Both the position numbers and the translations under genes were made by a program. A stretch of 41,900 nt of DNA from Deltaproteobacteria bacterium (GTDB taxonomy: Bacteria > Desulfobacterota > Desulfobaccia > Desulfobaccales > 0-14-0-80-60-11): contig JAUSOZ010000031.1 in NCBI GenBank assembly GCA_030655955.1, positions 1-41,900 on the forward strand. Reading direction: 5' to 3'. The notes beneath the pieces were generated by a model. That model did no database searches. It had not been told where the DNA came from and was given only the letters and a program-made list of their open reading frames with translations. Position 1 is the stretch's first letter; every line of letters begins with the position of its first letter. Positions 18,946-28,508 of this stretch are shown one piece after another.

Positions 18946-19452
18946 ATGCTCTGGTATCTTTACCTGGCGGCCGTGGTGGTGGCGACCTGCCTCCATCTGT
19001 GGCTGGGAAAGCGGCCGGTCTCGGCCAGCCGGTGCGTCGAAGCGCTGCTGCTCAACCTGCTGGTATTTTTTGTGGGGCTGGGGGGACTGGTGGGCTTCTT
19101 GGGGCACACCTTCAAGGCCCGGGAAATCGCCCTGAAGATCGGCTGGCAACCGAGCCCCTTCCAGTTTGAAGTAGCCGTGGCCAACCTGGCCTTCGGCGTC
19201 CTGGGAATTATGTGCATCTGGCAGCGGCGGGGCTTCCGAACGGCCACCGGCATCGGGTTTGCCATCTTCCTGCTGGGGTGCGCCTACGGGCACGTCCGGG
19301 ATATGACCCTGCACGGCAATTTTTCGCCGTATAACGTCGGCCCGGTGCTCTGGGTCAATGACCTGGCTGTTCCCGTGGTTATTCTGCTCTTGCTCCTGGT
19401 GCGGCGTCATCTGGCTTTAACCCAGGCTGCAACCCCGGAGTCCAACCACTAA
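18946..19452 (+). CDS. Uncharacterised multi-TM membrane protein (resembles DUF6790)
   Basis: Several hydrophobic helices; IGW..SPFQ.EVA.ANL..G motif; GGAGGGAG RBS. Confidence 0.65.
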   Translation: MLWYLYLAAVVVATCLHLWLGKRPVSASRCVEALLLNLLVFFVGLGGLVGFLGHTFKAREIALKIGWQPSPFQFEVAVANLAFGVLGIMCIWQRRGFRTATGIGFAIFLLGCAYGHVRDMTLHGNFSPYNVGPVLWVNDLAVPVVILLLLLVRRHLALTQAATPESNH

Positions 19453-19455
19453 GTA

Positions 19456-20361
19456 ATGTTTCGGGTGAGGCTTTTCGTGAGCGGCAATCTGAGTTTAACC
19501 GTAAGACGCTTTTGGCATGACCTGGCCGAACTGTTGGAGATGATCAAGATCGGCCACAGCGTCCTGGCCCTGCCCTTCGCCTTCATGGGGGCCGTGCTGG
19601 CGGCTCGGGGTTTGCCGGACGGCCGGACCCTTTTCTTTATCCTGATAGCCATGGTGGGGGCCCGGAGTGCCGCCATGGCCTTCAATCGTCTGGCGGATGC
19701 CCGCATCGACGCCGCCAATCCGCGCACCGCCGACCGGGCCCTGCCCGCCGGCAAGATCAGTCGGCGAGCCACCATCTGGTTTATCGGGATGAGTGCGGTC
19801 CTCTTTATGGGGGCGGCGTCGCAACTCAACCGGGTCTGCTTTGCCCTGTCACCCGTGGCCCTCTTGGTGATCCTGGGATACTCCCTCACCAAGCGGTTTA
19901 CCGTGGGGTCCCACCTGGTTCTGGGGCTGAGCCTGGGTTTGGCGCCGCTGGGGGGCTGGCTGGCGGTCCGGGGCGATCTGGGCCTGCCAGTCCTGGTCCT
20001 GGCCGGGGCAGTGCTCTTCTGGGTGGCGGGTTTCGATATCCTCTATTCTCTCCAGGACGAGGAGTTTGACCGGCGGGTGGGGCTTTTTTCCCTGCCGGCC
20101 CGGGTCGGGCCGGTCTGGGCCCGCCGCCTGGCGGCTCTCTGCCACCTGGCGGCAGCCCTGGGGTTTGCCGTCACCGGCCGGTTGGCCGGTTTAGGTCCCA
20201 TCTATGCCGGGGCCGTGGCGGTAAGTGCCCTCATACTCCTGGTGCAGCACCTGCTGCTGTCCGTCCGGGAGCCGATCCGCCTGCCTCCCGCCTTCTTTAC
20301 CCTCAACGGTTTGGTGGGTTTCGCCCTGGGATTGGCTACCTGGATCAGCCTGGCGCTTTGA
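19456..20361 (+). CDS. ubiA: UbiA-family polyprenyltransferase (MqnP-type)
   Basis: IK..HS..ALPFA, ARSAAMAFNRL.D..ID..NPRT..R, YS..KRFT, WVAGFDILY..QD..FD; exact start uncertain. Confidence 0.9.
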   Translation: MFRVRLFVSGNLSLTVRRFWHDLAELLEMIKIGHSVLALPFAFMGAVLAARGLPDGRTLFFILIAMVGARSAAMAFNRLADARIDAANPRTADRALPAGKISRRATIWFIGMSAVLFMGAASQLNRVCFALSPVALLVILGYSLTKRFTVGSHLVLGLSLGLAPLGGWLAVRGDLGLPVLVLAGAVLFWVAGFDILYSLQDEEFDRRVGLFSLPARVGPVWARRLAALCHLAAALGFAVTGRLAGLGPIYAGAVAVSALILLVQHLLLSVREPIRLPPAFFTLNGLVGFALGLATWISLAL

Positions 20362-20398
20362 AGCAGAGATTTTTTTTATCATATTAAAGATTTTCTCC

Positions 20399-20428
20399 TT
20401 GACAATGATTTTTCGTGCAACTTATAAT
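20399..20428 (+). promoter_or_regulatory. Consensus sigma70 promoter
   Basis: TTGACA-N18-TATAAT. Confidence 0.75.
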
Positions 20429-20554
20429 GAAGTCGCCCTCAATGGGGGGATGAGTCCGGGTCTTGGATAGCGAGGAAGGAGGGGACTTGGGAAAAAGTTC
20501 TTCGTTCGATTCAAGATCGCTAACCGTGGTTAAAAAATTTAGGGGGAACCAATC

Positions 20555-21313
20555 ATGAAGAAAAAGATGTACGTTTTGGGTGTGGCAGCGCTGGTGGCAG
20601 CAATGCTGGCTCTGTCAGGGGTGGCCCAGTCAGCCATGTGGGTCGGCGCCGAACTCGGGGGCAATTTCCCGTTGAATACGGACATTAATGCCAATTTAGG
20701 TCCGGTTGATGCAACCTTGAGCGGTGTCGGCATCCAGCCAGGGGTGATCGGCGGGGCGATCATCGGCTACGATTTCGTCAATACCGGCTTTGGGGCTTAT
20801 GCCTGGCCCGACTGGATGAAATATTTCAGCTTTGCCATGGATATCACCTATAACAAGTTAAATATCCGAGGCGGCCAAACGGTTGATGCTACCTTCCAGA
20901 ATTTAAGCGGTACTATTGACCTTGCAGACCTCGGTTTGTCTAGGAACATGTCCCTGAAAGGCTACGAAGTGGCCTGGACTTTCCTGTTCATGGCCCACTA
21001 CGGCTTCCTGAAGGATTCCGAGGTGCCGTCGGGCCGGATTAATCCTTACATCGGGGTGGGGCCGGCCTTATTGTGGAGCGGGTTTGAGAACCCGTGGGGT
21101 AATGGCGGGGCCAGTGCTATGAACGTCGCCCTGGTGGTCGAACCCGGCATCCGGTGGGTGTGCTTACCGAACGTCTCCATCGATACCGCCATGCGGTACC
21201 GCTATGCCGTACCTTCTTATGACATCGCTACTATCCCCGGAGTCGGCAACTTCAGCCTGTCGCCGACGCTGCACCAGCTTTCCTTCTTAGTGCGGGCCAA
21301 CTACCACTTCTAA
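20555..21313 (+). CDS. Outer-membrane beta-barrel protein
   Basis: Signal peptide ending AQS-A, amphipathic strands, PYIGVG, C-terminal YHF. Confidence 0.8.
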   Translation: MKKKMYVLGVAALVAAMLALSGVAQSAMWVGAELGGNFPLNTDINANLGPVDATLSGVGIQPGVIGGAIIGYDFVNTGFGAYAWPDWMKYFSFAMDITYNKLNIRGGQTVDATFQNLSGTIDLADLGLSRNMSLKGYEVAWTFLFMAHYGFLKDSEVPSGRINPYIGVGPALLWSGFENPWGNGGASAMNVALVVEPGIRWVCLPNVSIDTAMRYRYAVPSYDIATIPGVGNFSLSPTLHQLSFLVRANYHF

Positions 21314-21336
21314 GTCTGATAAACTTTGACTGCTTC

Positions 21337-21367
21337 AACGGCGGCCTCCGGGCCGCCGTTTTTTTTG
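21337..21367 (+). terminator. Rho-independent terminator
   Basis: AACGGCGGCC-TCCG-GGCCGCCGTT followed by a T run. Confidence 0.85.
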
Positions 21368-21513
21368 ACTGCCCTTCCCGCCCAGTTTTCCCCGACTTAT
21401 ACCGCTAAGCTCACAACAGTCTTGTGGAGCACAGTCTAAAGATGATATGGTGATTCGGATTGCCTTGCGGCGCAATGACAGATCGCATCTAAGGGAAAAT
21501 TTCCTGCATCCTG

Positions 21514-22377
21514 ATGTTTTTCCAGCAACTAATCAACGGCCTGACCACCGGCAGTGTTTATGCCCTTATTGCCCTGGGGTACACCATGATCTATGGCATT
21601 TTGGGCCTGATCAATTTTGCCCAGGGGGAAATCTACATGTGCGGCGCCTTTGTGGCGGTGCTGCTCCTGGCTACCGGGAAAGTCAATTTCTTCCTGGCCT
21701 TTGCCCTGGGGATGGCGGCGGCCGCCCTTCTGGGCGTGATCCTGGAGCGGGTGGCTTTCCGGCCCTTGCGGGGGTTCCATCCCCTGGTGCCCCTCATCAG
21801 CGCCATCGGCGCCTCCATCTTTCTCCAGAGTCTGGCCCTGCTCCTGTTCGGTCCCAATGACCGGCCCTTCCCCATTCAATTTACCTTCAGCACCATCAAC
21901 ATCGCCGGCCTGCCGGTGTCCACCCTGCAGATAGCCATCCTGGGCGCGGCTTTGGGATTCATGGGTTTGCTCATAGTCTTTGTGCGTTACACTACCTACG
22001 GCAAGGCCATCATGGCCTGCGCCTTGGACCGGGATACGGCTCGGCTCATGGGCATCAACGTGGATCGCATGGTCTCCCTGACTTTTCTGGTGGGCTCGGC
22101 CTTAAGCGGCGCCGCGGGCATCATGATGGCCATCTACTACAATGCCACCTACCCCCGCATGGGATTGCTGCCGGGCCTCAAGGCCTTCAGCGCCGCCATC
22201 CTGGGGGGGGTGGGCAACATCCCCGGGGCCATCCTGGGGGGCTTGCTCCTGGGGGTGGCGGAATCTCTGGGCGCGGCCTATATCTCCTCGGGTTTCAAGG
22301 ACGCCATCGCCTTTGCCATCCTCATCCTGGTGCTCTTACTCCGGCCCCAGGGCATTTTAAGAGGCCGGGGGGACTGA
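21514..22377 (+). CDS. livH: Branched-chain amino acid-type ABC permease
   Basis: QQLINGL..GS.YALIALGYTM.YG....INFA.GE, KAF.AA.LGG.G. Confidence 0.9.
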   Translation: MFFQQLINGLTTGSVYALIALGYTMIYGILGLINFAQGEIYMCGAFVAVLLLATGKVNFFLAFALGMAAAALLGVILERVAFRPLRGFHPLVPLISAIGASIFLQSLALLLFGPNDRPFPIQFTFSTINIAGLPVSTLQIAILGAALGFMGLLIVFVRYTTYGKAIMACALDRDTARLMGINVDRMVSLTFLVGSALSGAAGIMMAIYYNATYPRMGLLPGLKAFSAAILGGVGNIPGAILGGLLLGVAESLGAAYISSGFKDAIAFAILILVLLLRPQGILRGRGD

Positions 22378-22378
22378 G

Positions 22379-23251
22379 ATGACTGCCTACGTGCTGCATC
22401 TGGCTATCCTGGCTGGCATCTATATCATCCTGACCGTCAGCATTAACCTGATCATCGGCTATGCCGGCCAGGTCTCCCTGGGCCATGCCGCCTTCTACGG
22501 CATCGGGGCGTATGCCTCGGCCCTGGTGTCGTTACATTGGCACTTTCCGTTCCCCGCCGCGGCCCTGACGGCTATGCTGGTGGCCGGCTTATGCGGGTTG
22601 GCCCTGGGGTTGCCGACCCTGAGGCTCAAAGAAGATTACCTGGCCATCGTTACCCTGGGCTTCGGGGTGATCGTGGACCTGGTCTTCCTCAACCTGGAGT
22701 TCACCGGGGGACCAGACGGCCTGCCGGGAATCCCGCCGCCCAGTTTTTGGGGGATAGACTTCCGGCCGCCCTGGCTCTACCTGATCCTGGTCGTCGTTAC
22801 CGTTATCCTGGTCCTGATCTTCACCTACCGCCTGGTCGATTCCTACCACGGCCGAGCCCTCCGGGCCATCCGGGACCACGAAATCACCGCCCAGGTCATG
22901 GGGATCAACACCCCGGCGTATAAGGTCGTCGTTTTCACTCTGGCCGCGGCCCTGGCCGGCCTGGCCGGTTCCCTCTACGCCCACTACATCACCTTCATCA
23001 ACCCCGAGACCTTTGGCCTGCACACCTCCATCCTCATTCTGGCCATGGTGGTGCTGGGAGGCATGGGGTCTATCGCCGGTTCGGTGCTGGGGGCGGTGAT
23101 CCTGACGATTCTGCCCGAGATGTTGCGGCAGGCCCATGCCTACCAGGAACTGATCTACGGCGGGCTCCTGATGCTCCTGCTCATCTGGCGGCCCGAGGGC
23201 CTCCTGGGCCGGGGCAAATTGAGCCTGAAGTTTTTAAAGCGGGAGAGTTGA
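22379..23251 (+). CDS. livM: Branched-chain amino acid-type ABC permease
   Basis: GYAGQVSLGHAAF.GIGAY, LRL..DYLAIVTLGF, GRAL.AIRD, MVVLGG.GS. Confidence 0.9.
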   Translation: MTAYVLHLAILAGIYIILTVSINLIIGYAGQVSLGHAAFYGIGAYASALVSLHWHFPFPAAALTAMLVAGLCGLALGLPTLRLKEDYLAIVTLGFGVIVDLVFLNLEFTGGPDGLPGIPPPSFWGIDFRPPWLYLILVVVTVILVLIFTYRLVDSYHGRALRAIRDHEITAQVMGINTPAYKVVVFTLAAALAGLAGSLYAHYITFINPETFGLHTSILILAMVVLGGMGSIAGSVLGAVILTILPEMLRQAHAYQELIYGGLLMLLLIWRPEGLLGRGKLSLKFLKRES

Positions 23252-23256
23252 AGAGC

Positions 23257-23381
23257 GGGTTCTGGGTTTTAGGTTTTGGGTTTTGGGTCCGAAAAACAAT
23301 GGGAAGTTAAGGCTAACCAGCTGAAAGAACTAGAAAGAAGATATGAGAAACCCAGAACCTAAAACCCAGAACCCAGAACCT
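23257..23381. repeat. Inverted (GGGTTYT)n / (ARAACCC)n heptamer arrays bracketing the livM-livF spacer
   Basis: 27-nt stretch complementary except for one G-U pair. Confidence 0.85.
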
Positions 23382-23389
23382 GTCTTATC

Positions 23390-24115
23390 ATGTTGACCTT
23401 AAAAAGCGTCCAGGCCGGGTATGGCCCTCTGCCGGTGCTCAAGGGCATTTCCCTCCACGTGCGCGCCGGCGAGGTGGTGACTTTGATCGGCGGCAACGGC
23501 GCCGGCAAGACTACCACCCTGCGGGCTATTTCCGGGCTGCTGCCGCCCCGCAAGGGGGTCATCGAGTTCGCCGGCCATGACCTCACCCATATGCCCGCAG
23601 AGCGCATGGTCACCCTGGGCCTATCCCTGGTTCCGGAAGGCCGCCGGGTTTTCCGCACCTTGAGCGTCACCGCCAACCTGGAACTGGGGGCCTTCCATCG
23701 CCGTGACAAGGGGGCGGTGCGACAGGACCTGGAGGATATCCGGGAGCGCTTCCCCATCCTCAAGGAACGGGCCCACCAGGCCGCGGGCACGCTTTCCGGC
23801 GGCGAGCAGCAGATCCTGGCCATCGGCCGGGCCCTCATGGCCCGCCCCCGCCTGTTGATGCTGGACGAGCCTTCCATGGGGCTGGCTCCCCAGATGGTCA
23901 CCCGGGTCTATGCTATCCTGGCGGAACTGAAGGCTGCGGGCACCACCATCCTGCTGGTGGAACAGAACGCCCGGGCGGCTCTCAAGGTGGCCGACCGGGG
24001 CTACGTGCTGGAGACTGGACGCATTATCCTGGATGGCAGCGCCGCGGATTTGCGCGACGACCCGGAAGTGCAGCGGGCCTATTTGGGCAAGGGATATCAG
24101 GAAGTGTGGGAATGA
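23390..24115 (+). CDS. livF: ABC ATP-binding subunit
   Basis: GGNGAGKTT, VPEGRRVF, LSGGEQQ, LDEPSMGLAP, VEQN. Confidence 0.9.
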   Translation: MLTLKSVQAGYGPLPVLKGISLHVRAGEVVTLIGGNGAGKTTTLRAISGLLPPRKGVIEFAGHDLTHMPAERMVTLGLSLVPEGRRVFRTLSVTANLELGAFHRRDKGAVRQDLEDIRERFPILKERAHQAAGTLSGGEQQILAIGRALMARPRLLMLDEPSMGLAPQMVTRVYAILAELKAAGTTILLVEQNARAALKVADRGYVLETGRIILDGSAADLRDDPEVQRAYLGKGYQEVWE

Positions 24116-24119
24116 AACA

Positions 24120-24383
24120 GGGGGCAAAAGGGGAAAAGGCGAAAAGGGCAAAAGGGGGAAAAACACCAAGACCTTTTCTAACTCGTTCCCAAGTTGCACT
24201 TGGGAATGACAATGACAAATGGCAGGCTAAGCTTGGCTGATTAAGCCGTTTTCCAGCCTATCTTGGGAATGAGGCAAAAGAAAAAATGACCGAAAAGCCG
24301 AAGACCGAGACGCGATACGGGGATAGCAGAGCTTTTTATTGCTTTTCTCTTTTCGCCTCTTCCCCTTTTCGCCTTTTTCCCCC
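24120..24383. repeat. Inverted octamer arrays (AAGGGGAA/AAGGCGAA-like) bracketing the livF-livG spacer
   Basis: Purine array 24120-24163, complementary pyrimidine array 24343-24383; same octamer at 14347-14380. Confidence 0.75.
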
Positions 24384-24394
24384 AGGTTTTTACC

Positions 24395-25159
24395 ATGCTT
24401 GAAGTCAACGGGTTAAGCAAATCTTTCGGGGGCGTCCAGGCCCTGACCGACGTCTCCTTTGCGGTGGCCGCGGGAGAGATCGTCGGGTTGATCGGCCCCA
24501 ACGGCGCCGGCAAGACCACCTGCTTCAACCTGATTAACGGCTTGCTGCCCCCCAGCGCCGGCGAAATCCGGCTGGGAAGCACGGAGATGGTGGGCCTGCC
24601 CCCCTATCGCCGGGCCCGCCTGGGGCTCGCCCGCACCTTCCAAAATATCCAGCTCTTCGGGGGCATGACCGTGCTGGAAAACGTCCTCACCGGCTATCAC
24701 CTCCACCAGCAAGTGGGAGTGTTTGCCGCCCTCCTGCCGCTGCCGATGGTGAGCCGGGCCCGGGCTGAAAATCGCCGGTTGGCCTTAGAATTCCTGGAAC
24801 TGGTGGGCCTGGGGGGCAAGGAGGACGAGCCTGCCGAGGCCCTGGCCTACGGCGACCAGCGGCGTTTGGAAATCGCCCGGGCCCTGGCTCAGCAACCGCA
24901 GTTTCTGCTCATGGACGAGCCCGCCGCCGGCCTCAACCCCCGGGAGACCGAGGACCTCATGGCCTTGATGGAGAAACTCCTGCCCCTGGGCATTACCCTG
25001 CTGGTCATCGAACACGACATGACCCTGGTCATGGGCCTGTGCCACCGGATCGTCGTCCTGGACCACGGCGAGGTCATCGCCGCCGGCGCCCCCCGGGACA
25101 TCCGCCGGGACCCCCGGGTCATCGAGGCCTACCTGGGCCGGGAAGAGGATGAGCCGTAA
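24395..25159 (+). CDS. livG: ABC ATP-binding subunit
   Basis: FGG..AL, GPNGAGKTT, RTFQN..LF, YGDQRRLEIARAL, DEPAAGLN, IEHDM, V.EAYLG. Confidence 0.9.
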   Translation: MLEVNGLSKSFGGVQALTDVSFAVAAGEIVGLIGPNGAGKTTCFNLINGLLPPSAGEIRLGSTEMVGLPPYRRARLGLARTFQNIQLFGGMTVLENVLTGYHLHQQVGVFAALLPLPMVSRARAENRRLALEFLELVGLGGKEDEPAEALAYGDQRRLEIARALAQQPQFLLMDEPAAGLNPRETEDLMALMEKLLPLGITLLVIEHDMTLVMGLCHRIVVLDHGEVIAAGAPRDIRRDPRVIEAYLGREEDEP

Positions 25160-25319
25160 GCAGTAAGCAGTAGGGGCGGGCGTCCCGCCCGCCGCCTTTG
25201 GTGGCACAGGCTTCCAGCCTGTGCGCGGTGCCGAGAACTTTTCGGAACAGCGAGCCGCGCGCCGTAAGGGGTCAGGGGGTAAGACAGAGAATAGCCTAAG
25301 ATCGGAGGTCGGCTTCACA

Positions 25320-25348
25320 CCGAAAACCGAAAACCGAAAACCGAAAAC
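25320..25348 (+). repeat. (CCGAAAA)4 heptamer array before paaK-like start
   Basis: Four exact tandem copies. Confidence 0.85.
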
Positions 25349-25359
25349 AGGATTTTAAA

Positions 25360-26673
25360 ATGGCAATCTTCGACCAAGATGCAGAGCAGATGGATCGGGA
25401 GGAGTTGGCTCAGATGCAGTTGGAGCGGCTCCAGGCCACTCTCACCCGGGTCTACAAGAACGTCACGTTCTACAAGAAGAAGTTCGACGAACTGGGCTTT
25501 CTCCCGGAAGATTGCCAGTCCCTGGATGACCTGGCCAGGCTGCCCTTCACCACCCGCCACGATCTGGCCCGGGCCTACCCCTACGAGATGTTTGCGGTGC
25601 CCTTGCGGGAGGTGGTGCGCATCCACTCCTCCACCGGCAGCCCCGGCAACCCCATCGTCATGGGCTACACCAGCCGGGACCTGCGCCACTGGGCCAAACT
25701 GGCGGCCCGCATCCTCACCGCCGCCGGGGTGGACCGGGACGACGTGGTCCAGGTGACCTTGAGCTACAGCCTCTTGACCAGCGCCTTCGGCCTCCACTAC
25801 GGCGTGGAGCTCCTGGGGGCCTCGGTGATCCCCAGCGGCCCCGGCTTTACCAATCGCCAGATCCAGGTGATGCGGGACTACCGCACCACCGTCCTGGTTT
25901 CCACCCCGTCCTACGCCCTGGTGCTGGCCGACGAGATGGAGGCCCTGGGGGTGGACCCCAAGAGCCTCCACCTCAAGCTGGCACTGTTGGCCGGGGAGCC
26001 CTGGACCGAGGCCATGCGGGCCGAAATCGAAGCCCGGCTGTTCTGCGCCGCCCTGGACCACTACGCCCTGTCCGAGGCTATGGGGCCGGGGGTGGCCGGG
26101 GAGTGCGCCGCCTACCCCCTGGCCGGCATGCATATCAGCGAGGACCATTTCCTGCCCCAGGTCATCGACCCGGCGACCGGCGAACTCCTGCCCGCCGGCG
26201 AACTGGGGGAACTGGTCATCACCACCCTCACCCGGGAGGCCACCCCCCTGGTGCGCTTCCGTACCGGCGATTTGGTGCGCCTGTCCTATGAACCCTGCAC
26301 CTGCGGCCGGACCCTGGCCCGCATAAGCCGCATCCAGGGCCGCTGCGACGAGGTGGTCATCGTCAAGGGCACCAACATCTTTCCCAACCGGGTGGGCCAG
26401 GTCCTGGCCGCCATCCGGGGGGAAGAGCCGGCCTATCAGCTGGTGGTGGGCCGGGAGGGGCATATGGACTACCTGGAGGTCAGGATCGAGGTCCGGGAGG
26501 AATTGTTCTTCGACAAGATGACCAAACAGCGGGAACTCCTACAGGAAATCGCCCACAAACTGGCCCAGGGCATCGGCGTCCAACCGCGGGTAAAACTGGT
26601 GGAACCGGGGTCGCTCAACCGGGAGGCCGAAACCTCGCCCTTGGTGATTGATTTGCGTCAGGGAGTTTGTTAG
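25360..26673 (+). CDS. paaK: Phenylacetate--CoA ligase family protein
   Basis: LPFT.R.DL...YP..MFAVP, TPSYAL, LSE.MGPGVA.EC, EDHF, TTL.RE..P..R.RTGD. Confidence 0.8.
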   Translation: MAIFDQDAEQMDREELAQMQLERLQATLTRVYKNVTFYKKKFDELGFLPEDCQSLDDLARLPFTTRHDLARAYPYEMFAVPLREVVRIHSSTGSPGNPIVMGYTSRDLRHWAKLAARILTAAGVDRDDVVQVTLSYSLLTSAFGLHYGVELLGASVIPSGPGFTNRQIQVMRDYRTTVLVSTPSYALVLADEMEALGVDPKSLHLKLALLAGEPWTEAMRAEIEARLFCAALDHYALSEAMGPGVAGECAAYPLAGMHISEDHFLPQVIDPATGELLPAGELGELVITTLTREATPLVRFRTGDLVRLSYEPCTCGRTLARISRIQGRCDEVVIVKGTNIFPNRVGQVLAAIRGEEPAYQLVVGREGHMDYLEVRIEVREELFFDKMTKQRELLQEIAHKLAQGIGVQPRVKLVEPGSLNREAETSPLVIDLRQGVC

Positions 26674-26705
26674 CATGTGATGGGTGGGGCCATGAGACAG
26701 AACTA

Positions 26706-27632
26706 ATGCGGCAAATTAAGATATTCATCCTTAGTTGTGTACTCCTCCTGGCGGTGGGCTGCGCCGGGGTGCCGGTGCCGTCCGCGAACCTGGAAACTGC
26801 CTGGGGTGAGCCGAAAATCTTTGACTATCACGGCATCAAGATCAACTATTACGAGGCCGGGCAGGGACCGCCGGTAATCCTGCTGCATGGGTTCGGGGCC
26901 AGCGCCTATTCCTGGCGGTTTCTGGGCCCGGCCCTGGCCAAAGATCACCGGGTGTTCACCCTTGATCTCAAAGGTTATGGCCTGTCGGACAAGCCCGAGG
27001 ATGGCAAATACGCCATCAGCGACCAGGCCGACATGGTGGCGGAGTTCATCCGCACCCGGGACCTGCATGACCTGGTAGTGATCGGCCATTCCATGGGCGG
27101 CGGCGTGACCCTCATGACTTATTTTAAGGTGCGGGAGGTCGAACCGGCCCGGATCAAGAAACTGGTCCTCATCGACAGCGCCGGTTACCCTCAGAAGATG
27201 CCCTGGTTCATCGCCTTGGCCCAGGTCCCCGTGATCAATACCGTAGGCCCCCGGGTGCTGTCGCCCCGGCTCACCACCGCCATGGCCCTGCGAAAATGTT
27301 ATTATCATAAAGACAAAATCACCGACGAACAGATCGACACCTATGCTTATTACGGCAGTCTGCCCGGGGCCCGGGAGGCGGTGGTGGCCACAGCGCAGCA
27401 GATCGTGCCGGAGGCCATCGAGACCGTCATCGCCCGTTACAAGACCATCAAGGTCCCGGTCCTGATTGTCTGGGGGGCGGAGGACGAGGTGGTGCCGGTG
27501 GACGTCGGCCGGAATTTCAAGCGGGATATCCCGGACTCGAAATTGGTCATCCTCCCCCAATGCGGCCATATCCCCCAGGAAGAGGAGCCAGGGGTGACCA
27601 CCCGTACCGTCGAGGCTTTTTTAAGAAATTGA
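26706..27632 (+). CDS. Alpha/beta hydrolase lipoprotein
   Basis: Lipobox LAVGC, HGFG, GHSMGG nucleophile elbow, ED, GH. Confidence 0.85.
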   Translation: MRQIKIFILSCVLLLAVGCAGVPVPSANLETAWGEPKIFDYHGIKINYYEAGQGPPVILLHGFGASAYSWRFLGPALAKDHRVFTLDLKGYGLSDKPEDGKYAISDQADMVAEFIRTRDLHDLVVIGHSMGGGVTLMTYFKVREVEPARIKKLVLIDSAGYPQKMPWFIALAQVPVINTVGPRVLSPRLTTAMALRKCYYHKDKITDEQIDTYAYYGSLPGAREAVVATAQQIVPEAIETVIARYKTIKVPVLIVWGAEDEVVPVDVGRNFKRDIPDSKLVILPQCGHIPQEEEPGVTTRTVEAFLRN

Positions 27633-27656
27633 TATTTAAGGACAAAGTGACTATCT

Positions 27657-28259
27657 ATGCGACCATCATGGGATGAATACTTCATGCTTATCGCCAAGCT
27701 GGTGAGCACGCGCAGCACCTGCAACAGTCGCCCCACCGGGGCGGTGCTGGTGAAGGACCGGCAGATTTTGGCCACGGGCTACAACGGCTCCATGCCCGGG
27801 GCGCCCCACTGCTCGGATGAGGTTATGGCCGACGGCAGCCCCTACTGCCACCGCCGGGCCTTGAACATCGCCGACGTGGACAAGTACAATTACTGCCGGG
27901 CCTCCCACGCCGAGGCCAACGCCATCGCCCAGGCGGCCCGCTACGGCGTGGCCATCAAGGGGGCGACCCTCTACGTCACCTTGCAGCCCTGTTTCGTGTG
28001 CCTCAAGCTCTTGGCCACGGCTCAGATCAAGGGGATTTACTTCGAGTTGGCCTATGGGTCCAACGATGCGGCCCGGGACGAGTTCTGGAAGCAGGCGGTG
28101 GCCGAGGGGGGCTTCGAGGTCTTTAAACAATTACCCATCACCCCGGAGGCCCTGGAATTCATCCTGCCGAGCCTCACCGGGTTCACCTCGAAACGGCGCC
28201 TGACGGCTACCGCCGCGGCCCAGGAGCCTCACTTCGTCGGCGTGATGGAGTCGGAGTAG
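27657..28259 (+). CDS. dCMP deaminase family protein
   Basis: RPSWDEYFM, RSTC, TGYNG, HAEANA, PC..C. Confidence 0.88.
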   Translation: MRPSWDEYFMLIAKLVSTRSTCNSRPTGAVLVKDRQILATGYNGSMPGAPHCSDEVMADGSPYCHRRALNIADVDKYNYCRASHAEANAIAQAARYGVAIKGATLYVTLQPCFVCLKLLATAQIKGIYFELAYGSNDAARDEFWKQAVAEGGFEVFKQLPITPEALEFILPSLTGFTSKRRLTATAAAQEPHFVGVMESE

Positions 28260-28278
28260 GGGAAATGGTGCTGGACTG

Positions 28279-28306
28279 GTGGGGGCGGTTCGCGAACCGC
28301 CCCTAC
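28279..28306. repeat. Copy of 28-bp palindrome GTAGGGGCGGTTCGCGAACCGCCCCTAC
   Basis: One mismatch to exact copies at 15739-15766 and 37439-37466. Confidence 0.85.
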
Positions 28307-28508
28307 AGCGAGATACATTTCATTGCCGGAGTGTGGCATAGCCGGTTAAGAAACTTATTGCAATTTATGGAAAATTCGGGCATTAATGAGTAAACTGCCG
28401 AAATAACACGGATTCCCAACCGCTTTCTGGGTTTGGGAAAGAGATTTACAGTGGGCCTGGTACGAACAAGCTCCTGGCCCCCTTTTACAAGCATAATTCT
28501 TTATTACC

